Shown here in pieces: positions 21,094 to 29,347 of a DNA stretch of 64,000 nucleotides (position 1 is the first letter of the stretch; each line of letters starts with the position of its first letter). The DNA is taken from the NCBI GenBank assembly GCA_964491435.1, contig CAZBGE010000003.1, positions 3,644 to 67,643 of the forward strand. Reading direction: 5' to 3'. The translations under genes and the position numbers were made by a program. Source of the stretch: an uncultured Smithella sp. Lineage in GTDB: Bacteria > Desulfobacterota > Syntrophia > Syntrophales > Smithellaceae. The notes beneath the pieces were generated by a model. The model had not been told where the DNA came from. It searched no databases and saw only the letters and a program-made list of their open reading frames with translations.

Positions 21094-22353
21094 ATGATGA
21101 ATATTCAAGAAACAGTAGCAAAAATAGCTCAGGATGCACTGGCGGCGTCACGCCGCCTTTCCCGTATTTCCGCCAGCGAAAAGAATACCGCCCTGTTGCG
21201 CATGGCCGATGAACTGGGCAGGCGCCGCGGGATGATTCTGTCGGAAAACAGCACAGATGTGGCGGTGGCCCGTGAGAAAGGGCTTTCCTCCGCCATGATG
21301 GACCGGCTGACGGTTAAGGAGTCCACCATCGATGCCATGGCGCAGGGGCTGCGTGAAGTCGCCGCCCTGCCCGATCCGGTAGGAAAGGTGACGTCCATGT
21401 GGCGGCGGCCCAACGGCCTTTTAGTCGGCCGGATGCGGATTCCCCTGGGCGTGATTGGCATGATCTACGAGTCACGCCCCAATGTGACGGTGGATGCGTC
21501 CGCCCTGTGTCTTAAATCAGGCAACGCCGTCATTCTGCGCGGCGGTTCGGAAGCGATTCGCTCCAATCTGGCCATTGCCTCCGTGTTGCAGGATGTCCTG
21601 CGGGAGAGTCCGCTGCCCGACAAGGCTGTTCAGGTCATCCCGTTGACGGAGCGCGAAGCTGTTTCGGCGATGCTGCAGCTTGATGATTACATAGACTTGA
21701 TTATTCCCCGGGGCGGCGAAGAATTGATTCGCGCCGTGGTCGCCCAGTCCAGGATCCCAGTGATTAAACATTACAAAGGCGTTTGCCATATCTTTGTGGA
21801 CGCCACGGCCGACAGCGACATGGCGGTGAATATCTGCGCCAACGCCAAAGTGCAGCGTCCCGGTGTCTGTAACGCGCTGGAAACCCTGCTGGTACATGAG
21901 GACGTCGCGCCCTCGTTCCTGCCGAAGCTTGCCGGAAAACTGCAAAAGGCGGGCGTTTTGCTCAAAGGTTGCGACCGGACAAGAAAGATTCTGAGCGATA
22001 TTGATGCCGCAACCGAAGAAGACTGGTACGCGGAATACCTGGACTTGATTCTGTCCGTGAAAGTTGTTGCCTCGATCGACGAAGCCATCGCGCATATTGA
22101 AAAATACGGATCTCTGCATACGGAATCCATTATTACAAAGGATTATGCAAACTCGCAGCGGTTCTTGAACGAGGTGAATTCTTCCACGGTGGTGGTGAAC
22201 GCCTCCACACGCTTCAGCGACGGTTTTGAGCTTGGTTTGGGCGCGGAAATCGGTATCTCGACCACGAAGCTGCATGCTTTCGGGCCGATGGGGCTGGAAG
22301 AGCTGACCACGTCCAAGTTTATCATTTACGGCGACGGCCAGGTTCGGGGATGA
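21094..22353 (+). CDS. proA: Gamma-glutamyl phosphate reductase
   Basis: 419 aa, full-length ProA-like aldehyde dehydrogenase fold (IYESRPNVTVDA, ILRGGSEA, NASTRF). Confidence 0.95.
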   Translation: MMNIQETVAKIAQDALAASRRLSRISASEKNTALLRMADELGRRRGMILSENSTDVAVAREKGLSSAMMDRLTVKESTIDAMAQGLREVAALPDPVGKVTSMWRRPNGLLVGRMRIPLGVIGMIYESRPNVTVDASALCLKSGNAVILRGGSEAIRSNLAIASVLQDVLRESPLPDKAVQVIPLTEREAVSAMLQLDDYIDLIIPRGGEELIRAVVAQSRIPVIKHYKGVCHIFVDATADSDMAVNICANAKVQRPGVCNALETLLVHEDVAPSFLPKLAGKLQKAGVLLKGCDRTRKILSDIDAATEEDWYAEYLDLILSVKVVASIDEAIAHIEKYGSLHTESIITKDYANSQRFLNEVNSSTVVVNASTRFSDGFELGLGAEIGISTTKLHAFGPMGLEELTTSKFIIYGDGQVRG

Positions 22354-22994
22354 ACTGGGGGCTTTTCGGCGGGACATTTGACCCGATTCATTTTGGACAT
22401 CTGCGGGCGGCGGAGGAACTGGCCGCGCGCCTGAATCTGGATCGGGTGATTTTTATCCCCGCAGCCCAGCCGCCGCATAAAACCGTCCGTGCGATCACGC
22501 CTTTTGAACATCGTTTGCGCATGGTGCAACGGGCCATCGCCGGCAATGAATCCTTTTCTCTTTCGGATGTGGAATTTCAGAGGCGGGGGACATCCTATTC
22601 GATCGATACAGTCCGCTGTTTCCTGGATTCCTGTGCTCATGAGACCGCCCTGTATTTTATCACGGGCCAGGACGCGTTTGACGCCATCACAACCTGGCGC
22701 GAGTGGGACAAGCTTTTGTCTCTGTGCCATTTTGCGGTGATGACCAGGCCGGGCTATGAAAACAAAGGGCTCAAGAGTATTCTGCCCGCAGACCTGGCTT
22801 CCCGGTTCGTTTACGAACAGGCGAGCGACGGTTTCCGGGGACCAACCGGACAGGTGATTTATTTCCGGAGCGTCACTTTTTTGGATATCTCATCTTCCCA
22901 GATCCGGGAGAATATCAAGACCGGCCGATCGGTCCGCTATCTTTTGCCGGACGGCGTTAAAAATTATATCGACGAGTATTTTCTGTACAGATAA
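22350..22994 (+). CDS. nadD: Nicotinate-nucleotide adenylyltransferase
   Basis: GLFGGTFDPIHFGH (the HxGH motif). It overlaps the proA stop by 4 nt. Confidence 0.93.
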   Translation: MNWGLFGGTFDPIHFGHLRAAEELAARLNLDRVIFIPAAQPPHKTVRAITPFEHRLRMVQRAIAGNESFSLSDVEFQRRGTSYSIDTVRCFLDSCAHETALYFITGQDAFDAITTWREWDKLLSLCHFAVMTRPGYENKGLKSILPADLASRFVYEQASDGFRGPTGQVIYFRSVTFLDISSSQIRENIKTGRSVRYLLPDGVKNYIDEYFLYR

Positions 22995-23139
22995 CCATCA
23001 AACGCAGACGGGAAGCTGAAAATAATTGAGAATACTGGCTTCCCGCCTGTGCGGGATTGGCGCAGATTGCGGATCTGGCGCAGTTATGCAAAGTTCTCCT
23101 CTCCGTTTTCCGGTTCATGTTTCATGATCACGGAAAAAC

Positions 23140-23442
23140 TTATTGAGCCATAATTGAGAAGATGGTGTCGAGTTTTAATTCCCTGAATAATCTCAAAATA
23201 TCCGGTTGCAGATTGGTTACGGACATGGTTCCGCCGTGAACGGCCAGGTTCTTATAAAACAGCAGTAATTTGCCGATGCCGGAACTGCCGATGTATCCAA
23301 CGTTCCGGAAATCGATTTCAACCTTTTTCAGCTGGCTCAGCTCGGAGAGTTTCGCCTTTAACAGCTCGGCTCCTTTTTCATCAATATCGCCAATAATCTC
23401 AAGGCGTCCCCGGTCGTCTTCCTGCGTTATCTTAAAGTCCAT
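23140..23442 (-). CDS. STAS-domain anti-sigma-factor antagonist (canonical phosphorylatable Ser motif)
   Basis: 100 aa. The motif DFRNVGYIGSSGIGKLL matches the SpoIIAA/RsbV DSSGLG-type phospho-serine loop. Confidence 0.85.
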   Translation of the reverse strand: MDFKITQEDDRGRLEIIGDIDEKGAELLKAKLSELSQLKKVEIDFRNVGYIGSSGIGKLLLFYKNLAVHGGTMSVTNLQPDILRLFRELKLDTIFSIMAQ

Positions 23443-23539
23443 GTCTATATCTCCTTTGCCTCAATTGTTAATTTGCCTGTTCCATTTTGCCGTAAGGGAT
23501 AATCATCCGCCGTTTCAGGGGGGTCAAATCCGCGTCGCC

Positions 23540-26500
23540 TCAATCTGTGATAAACCGCCGCCACAGGTCGAATCCTGAAAAAGACCTCATTTCGCGTTTT
23601 TTGCTGTCCTCTCTTGAAAAGTAAGCGATCAAATGCCGGCCGTCATCCGTCCATTGCGTCTCTTCCGTCCAATAACGCATGATAAAGATGCCGCGGCCGA
23701 CAGGTTTTAATAAGTTTTCCCGGCAGGTCGGATCATAAAACGTTTTATAGTCAAAACCGTTGCCCTCATCAATGACTTCCAGAACTGCGTCGTTTCCATA
23801 ACGCCGGCGGACGACAATCATTTTACGAGGATCTTTCCCGTTGCCGTGACTCCAGGCATTCATCATGGCTTCATCCAGAACCATGCGCAATCTGGTTTGC
23901 GGTGAGGGAAAACCACTGCTTTCCCATTCCTCGCTGATCTTGTAAAACAGGTGATTGACGCAAGCATCCAGGTCTTCCAGGTTTTTCGGGCGGACAATGT
24001 CTTCATACTCATGGCCCGCATCTTCCAGCTCCAGGCCCATCAGGGTGATGTCGTCATAAAAACTCCTGGGAATCACCACGCTGTCTCCCTCCCTCCCGTT
24101 GATGCGGTTGAACAGCCGCGCCATGAGGATGGAAACGGGAAGATGAGGTTCGTTTTGGACAATGGATAAAATCAAGTCTTTCACGTTTTGCGCGCTCAAG
24201 ACCGGCTTGCCGGACATATGCGGCATGTCCGTGAGCCCGTCCGTGAAAAAAATCAGCTTGTCGCCTTGCTGAAGCTGAATTTCTTCGCTTCTGAAATCCA
24301 GACTCCGCTCAATCCCCACGGGAAGGTTTCTGCCCTGGCCGTCGATGGACGGGAGGCAAACGATCTCTTGTTCCCGAATCAGCAGGAAGGGGGGGTGTCC
24401 CGCTGAAACATAGCGCATTCTCAGGTTATCATGATTAATCTCGGCGTCCACCGAGGTAAAAAAATTATCATCGCCGAAAAAACGCAGTTCGCAGATTTCG
24501 TGATTGAGACGGCTGATGGTCTCTTCCACCGGCAACGACGGCGTGTGGAGCAGAAGGGCGTTATGGATCAGATCGGTGATGATGCTCCGGAGAATGCAGC
24601 TGACCTCGTGTCCCGACTGATCCTTCAGGCTGACCGCCGTTTTGTGGATGGCGGGATATTGTTCCGAAAGATTTTTGACGAAAAAATGATCGCCGCCCTC
24701 GGCGTAACAGGGCAGGTAGCAGGCGGTAAAAAAGAGGCCTGTATCGCCTGGAAGAAGCGTGTGGCGGTTCGGACGGTAATTGATCATGGACAGGATGTTT
24801 TTGGCCAGATCGATATTCATTTCCTGTTTCAGAAACAACTCTTTCAAGTTGTTGTTGGCGGCGGTCAACTCGTAAGTCCTTTCGGCGACCCGCTGTTCCA
24901 GTTCGGCATGCGCCCTTTGCAGAGCCTCCCGGGTCCGGCGGCGCTCAGTGATGTCGCGGCTCACCGTGAGAATGCCGACCGGTTCGTTTTGGCGGTTGCG
25001 CAACGCGGAAATGCTGCTTTCCAGCCAGACCGTTGAGCCGTCTTTTTTGTATTCCTCAACCTCCAAAACGCGGATGCGGCCGGGATCGGCGGCGCCAGAT
25101 GCTTCCAGTTTCATCTCTTTGTCGAAAACCTCAAGCAGGACTTCCATGGATGCGGGAGTCATGAAACGGTCCAGGGGAGTTTGCATGGCCTCCTCAACAG
25201 TGTATCCGTGGGTTCGCGCAATGGACGGACTGATGTAGGTAAACCGTAAATGCAAATCCGTGACCGTAATGAGCTCTCCGGTATTTTCCGCAATCAGACG
25301 GTATTTTTCTTCACTTTGGCGCAGCGCCTCCTCCACCTGCTTTCGCTGAGTGATGTCGGTGTCGCTGCCGCGGTAGCCCAGGAGGTTTCCGTTGATGTCC
25401 AGTACGGGCAGGCAATTTGTGGAGAGCCATACGGGACGGCCGTCTTTGGTTAAGGCGGGGTTCTCCAGATTTACGAATGCTTCCTGGCGCTGGAAGCCCT
25501 CTAATACAGCTGTTTTGAAAGCCTCTCGTCCGTTTTCGGGATGCAGATCGTAAAAGTGCATCCGGCCCGTCAGTTCGTCCGGATGGTAGCCCAGAACTTT
25601 TGTGGAAACCTCGCTGACATAGGTGTAAAGGCCCTGGGCGTTTACTTCCCAGACGATGGTGCCGCTCTGTTTGGCCATCTGGTCGAAGCGCGCCTCGCTT
25701 TTCCGCAGCGCTTTCTCCACATGCTTGCGCAGGGTAATATCCCTGGAGACGCCGGACAATCCGGTCAACACGCCTTGAGCATTGCGTATTCCGGTGACGA
25801 CTGTCTCCATCCAGCGGGTTGAACCTTGCTTGTGATAATATTCCAGCTCAATGGTGACTGACCGGCGGGGATCGCCAAGCCCCTGCCTTTCCATTTCCAG
25901 CTCCATTGCCAGCTCCTTCGCCAGGGTTTCGTAAACATGGGACAGCGACGCGGGCGTCAATTGTTGTTCAAGGGGCTGGCGCATTCGTTCCTCCGGAGTA
26001 AATCCGAGCACGGTTTGAATGGAGGGGCTGACATATTGTTCCTTCAGATTCATATCCGCTGTCCAGACAATGTCGGATATTCTTTCCGTCAGCAGCCGGA
26101 ATTTGTTTTCGCTTTCCCGGAGCTCATTCTCCATGCGCTTGCGATCGGAAATGTCAATAAAACTTTCCAGATAGCAGTTCCGTCCCTTGATGGCGAGCGG
26201 ATGAACGGTTTTCAAAATATCTTTCTGCAATCCTCCGGCGCAGAGGAGGATTCGTTCCGATTGATCGATAATCTGGCCCAGATCTTTTACGGGGCAGCGG
26301 CCCCTTTCGGCGGGACAAACCAGCGTATGACAGATCTGTCCGATCATTTTCTCCCTGGAGGATCCGATCATTTCGGCCGCGCGGTTATTGGCATCCACAA
26401 TGGTTTGCGATGCGGCGTCAATGATCATGATTCCCGTGTCAATTTGGTTGAAAATGGCCTGCAATTTGGATTCGCTGTCCCGCAATTCCTCCTGCGCCCG

Positions 26501-28201
26501 CTTTTGTCCGGTGATGTCTCTGGAGACGCCGTGAATTCCGGTCAGAACGCCCTGATCGTCGCGCAAGCCGCTGATGGTGGTTTCCATCCAGCGTGTTGAT
26601 CCATCCTTATGATAATATTCCAGTTCTAGGATGGCCACTCTTCCGGGATCAGCATTTCCCTGTTTTTCAATTTCCATTTCCCGCTCCAGCGCCTTCAGTC
26701 CGTAAGCAAGCGAATCCGGGGGAAACTGCTGTTCAATGGATTGCCGCATCCTTTCTTCCTGCGTGAAGCCCAAAATGGTCTGGACGGACGGCGTGACGTA
26801 AACCGTCTGCAAATTCATGTCTGCAATCCAGACAATGTCCGACATTTTTTCTGTAATGAGCCGGTATTGCCTCTCACTTTGCCGCAGCGCCTCCTCCATC
26901 TGCCGGCGTTTGGTCGTATCCCGGGAGATGCCCAGTATCCCGGCGGGAACGCCCTGCTGGTTCCGAAGCAGCGTAAAAACCGTATCGGCCCAGAAAAAGG
27001 AGCCGTCTTTGCGGTAAAATTCCAGCTCCGCCTTGACCGAGATTTCTTCCCGGCTATTTTCCAGCTTTTCCGGAGCGAGATATTGATGGACCAGGCTGAT
27101 GGCCGTTGCGAGCGATGACGGCGTAAACTGCTTTTCCAGGGGCAGTTTTCTAAGTTCATCCAGGCTGTAACCGCGCGCTTGTTCGACGGACGGAGAGATC
27201 CAGGTAATCCGCAGATTCATATCCATGAGCCAGACCGTGTCTTGAATGTGATCCGTGATCAGCCGGAATCGCTTCTCATTTTGCCTGATGATTTCCTCGG
27301 TCCGCATGCGTTCGGTGATGTCCCGGCAAACGTGGACGATGCCAAAGGCGGTGCCGTCTTCGTTACGCAGGATATCGCTGTTCACTTCAAAGAATCCTTC
27401 CCTGCCGTTTTTCATGATCAGCCGGTATTCCTGCGGACCGATTTTCTGCTTCATCATGCGAGCCGTGTTTTGCAACACCCTTTTCCGGTCCTGGGGAGCG
27501 ACCAGCATAATCGCGTTTTGGCCTTCAATTTCATCAAGGCTGTAACCGCTGCTTTGCAGGCCGTATTCATTCACGAAGATGATGTTGCCCGCCAGGTCGG
27601 TGCGCCCGACCAGATCAGGTATGGCGTTGACCAGCCTGTTATAAATTTCCTCGCTTTTTCTCAGGGCGCTTTGCGCGTCTTTCCGATCCGTAATATTGCG
27701 AATGATGATAATGACCTGGTCTTCCAGAAGGGGGATGAATCTGGCTTCATAGAAAATTTCAGTTTCGTGACGCGGCAGATAATATTCAAAACTTGCTGAG
27801 GTGTTTGTGTTTTTGACGTCCTCGATGGCTTTCCGGAATTTATCGGCGGCGGGGACCAGAGGAATATCATATATTTTCCCCCCGAGGATGTCCCGGCGGG
27901 AAACGGGCAGATCGGAAATATGGCCCGTTTTACAGTCCAGGATTGTCCCGGCCTGGTCGATTCTGAAGAAAATATCGGGAACAGCCTCAAAGATGGCCCT
28001 CATTTCCGAATTGGCCTGCAACAGCTCCTGAGAGCTCAATTCCAGTGAACGCTCCAGCATGTTCCGGTCCATGTCCGATTCATGATAGGCGTTGTTGACC
28101 ATATCGATAAAACCGCGCCATTCATCCGGCGCTTCAAACGAATCTCCGAAGAAACTTTTCAGCTGACGCTTCAGAAGACTGTGCATTTTTCCCGATGTCA
28201 T
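23540..28201 (-). CDS. Multi-PAS sensor fused to a PP2C (SpoIIE-type) phosphatase and an RsbW-like HATPase serine kinase
   Basis: 1553 aa.
- About nine PAS/PAC units, each ending in an (S)RDIT.. motif.
- A coiled coil.
- A PP2C domain at about 24026-24820 (GGDHFF, SGH, SAGHPP, FTDGLTD, DDITLM).
- A GHKL ATPase domain at about 23609-23980 (LDEAMMNAWSHGN, VIDEGNGFD, GRGIFIM). Confidence 0.9.
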   Translation of the reverse strand: MTSGKMHSLLKRQLKSFFGDSFEAPDEWRGFIDMVNNAYHESDMDRNMLERSLELSSQELLQANSEMRAIFEAVPDIFFRIDQAGTILDCKTGHISDLPVSRRDILGGKIYDIPLVPAADKFRKAIEDVKNTNTSASFEYYLPRHETEIFYEARFIPLLEDQVIIIIRNITDRKDAQSALRKSEEIYNRLVNAIPDLVGRTDLAGNIIFVNEYGLQSSGYSLDEIEGQNAIMLVAPQDRKRVLQNTARMMKQKIGPQEYRLIMKNGREGFFEVNSDILRNEDGTAFGIVHVCRDITERMRTEEIIRQNEKRFRLITDHIQDTVWLMDMNLRITWISPSVEQARGYSLDELRKLPLEKQFTPSSLATAISLVHQYLAPEKLENSREEISVKAELEFYRKDGSFFWADTVFTLLRNQQGVPAGILGISRDTTKRRQMEEALRQSERQYRLITEKMSDIVWIADMNLQTVYVTPSVQTILGFTQEERMRQSIEQQFPPDSLAYGLKALEREMEIEKQGNADPGRVAILELEYYHKDGSTRWMETTISGLRDDQGVLTGIHGVSRDITGQKRAQEELRDSESKLQAIFNQIDTGIMIIDAASQTIVDANNRAAEMIGSSREKMIGQICHTLVCPAERGRCPVKDLGQIIDQSERILLCAGGLQKDILKTVHPLAIKGRNCYLESFIDISDRKRMENELRESENKFRLLTERISDIVWTADMNLKEQYVSPSIQTVLGFTPEERMRQPLEQQLTPASLSHVYETLAKELAMELEMERQGLGDPRRSVTIELEYYHKQGSTRWMETVVTGIRNAQGVLTGLSGVSRDITLRKHVEKALRKSEARFDQMAKQSGTIVWEVNAQGLYTYVSEVSTKVLGYHPDELTGRMHFYDLHPENGREAFKTAVLEGFQRQEAFVNLENPALTKDGRPVWLSTNCLPVLDINGNLLGYRGSDTDITQRKQVEEALRQSEEKYRLIAENTGELITVTDLHLRFTYISPSIARTHGYTVEEAMQTPLDRFMTPASMEVLLEVFDKEMKLEASGAADPGRIRVLEVEEYKKDGSTVWLESSISALRNRQNEPVGILTVSRDITERRRTREALQRAHAELEQRVAERTYELTAANNNLKELFLKQEMNIDLAKNILSMINYRPNRHTLLPGDTGLFFTACYLPCYAEGGDHFFVKNLSEQYPAIHKTAVSLKDQSGHEVSCILRSIITDLIHNALLLHTPSLPVEETISRLNHEICELRFFGDDNFFTSVDAEINHDNLRMRYVSAGHPPFLLIREQEIVCLPSIDGQGRNLPVGIERSLDFRSEEIQLQQGDKLIFFTDGLTDMPHMSGKPVLSAQNVKDLILSIVQNEPHLPVSILMARLFNRINGREGDSVVIPRSFYDDITLMGLELEDAGHEYEDIVRPKNLEDLDACVNHLFYKISEEWESSGFPSPQTRLRMVLDEAMMNAWSHGNGKDPRKMIVVRRRYGNDAVLEVIDEGNGFDYKTFYDPTCRENLLKPVGRGIFIMRYWTEETQWTDDGRHLIAYFSREDSKKREMRSFSGFDLWRRFITD

Positions 28202-28207
28202 GAACCG

Positions 28208-29347
28208 CTAATCCTCGGCCAGTGTTGTGATGGTCATGGTCTGGTTATGGAGCGTACTGGGATCGTCCGCCGTAAATGGAGAAATTTCTCCATAGGAATA
28301 AAATCCCGCAAGTTTCGGAGCGCACCGGAAGACATCGTTGGCGGCTTCCACTTCTTCCTCGATTCTTTGTTTCAGCACAAGCTTGCGGCCGACGCAGCTG
28401 ATGAGGATGGCCAGTTCGGGAGAGCTTCCCCGGAGCCCCTCGAGGCTTCTGACGGCCGCTCCGCTGGCCCCGTCAATGAGCCGTTCGAAGTTGGCTTTCA
28501 TGAAACGGGCGTAAGCCCCCTGGGGGACATCACCGGCGAAAGTCATGCTGCTGTCTTCTTCGTTTACGGACAGGATGGTTCTCACGATGCCCTTTTCGCC
28601 GCTTCTGGCGCGGATGCTCAAAGGAAAAAGCAGGCCGGCGGCGGGGAGCCCCTTGGCGTATTCACCCAGATACTTCTTGTACAGGCTCAATGCCGTCTGT
28701 CCGTCCAATTCATAGAGGATGTTTTCTTTTGACTTGGTAATGATCCGGTCCGGGCCGAAGGGATCCCACCCTCCCATGGAGCCATAGCCGATCTTCAGGT
28801 TTTTTCCATATAAGCCCACAATCGCCAGGGTGTTTTTTGACGGAGGATTGTCCCAGAAAACATAGGTTTCCGTAAAATGAGAGCCATTGCCTGCCAGGCC
28901 GCCGGTAATGGGCACTCCTGCGGGAAGGGCGCCGGACAGGCCTTTGACCAGTTCGCTTCCGTTGACGCCCAAGCCGTCGGACAGGACGAACACATGGCGC
29001 AGGCCTTTATTTTCGATGGATTGCGCCAGCATCCGGCCTGCGTCAAAACTGCCGGAAGTCTTTTTCAGGGCAAGCTCGGCCCCCATGAATTCCGTTTTTT
29101 CGAAATGGATCGCCGTGGCGACCAGAGAATCATCCGAAACACGGGTGCCGCATATCTCACCGGCCGTGGAACAGCCGAAAAAATGCGCTCCCGGATACAT
29201 TTTTTTCACCTCTGCAAAAAAGATTTGATCTTTTAAAATTTCCGTTGCGGCGAAAATAATGACCAGCTGAATTTTCTTTTCCATGGCAGGTCCGTTTTGC
29301 AGAGACCAGCCCTTTGCTTTGGTCCATATCCTTTGTTCGATTTTCAT
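28208..29347 (-). CDS. Stand-alone FIST (FIST_N + FIST_C) sensory-domain protein
   Basis: 379 aa with no TM helix and no output domain (FFGCSTAGEI, VLSDGLGVNGSELV, GFYSYGEISP). Its start overlaps the upstream kinase stop by 4 nt. Its stop lies 6 nt before the PAS-PP2C start. Confidence 0.83.
   Translation of the reverse strand: MKIEQRIWTKAKGWSLQNGPAMEKKIQLVIIFAATEILKDQIFFAEVKKMYPGAHFFGCSTAGEICGTRVSDDSLVATAIHFEKTEFMGAELALKKTSGSFDAGRMLAQSIENKGLRHVFVLSDGLGVNGSELVKGLSGALPAGVPITGGLAGNGSHFTETYVFWDNPPSKNTLAIVGLYGKNLKIGYGSMGGWDPFGPDRIITKSKENILYELDGQTALSLYKKYLGEYAKGLPAAGLLFPLSIRARSGEKGIVRTILSVNEEDSSMTFAGDVPQGAYARFMKANFERLIDGASGAAVRSLEGLRGSSPELAILISCVGRKLVLKQRIEEEVEAANDVFRCAPKLAGFYSYGEISPFTADDPSTLHNQTMTITTLAED

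Noticed and set aside
23009-23045. Hairpin CGGGAAGC-21 nt-GCTTCCCG after nadD, and the 8-bp-stem hairpin at about 23107-23137 after the STAS gene, as terminators
   Set aside because: The loops are large (18-21 nt) and no U-tract follows in the relevant orientation. The evidence is insufficient.
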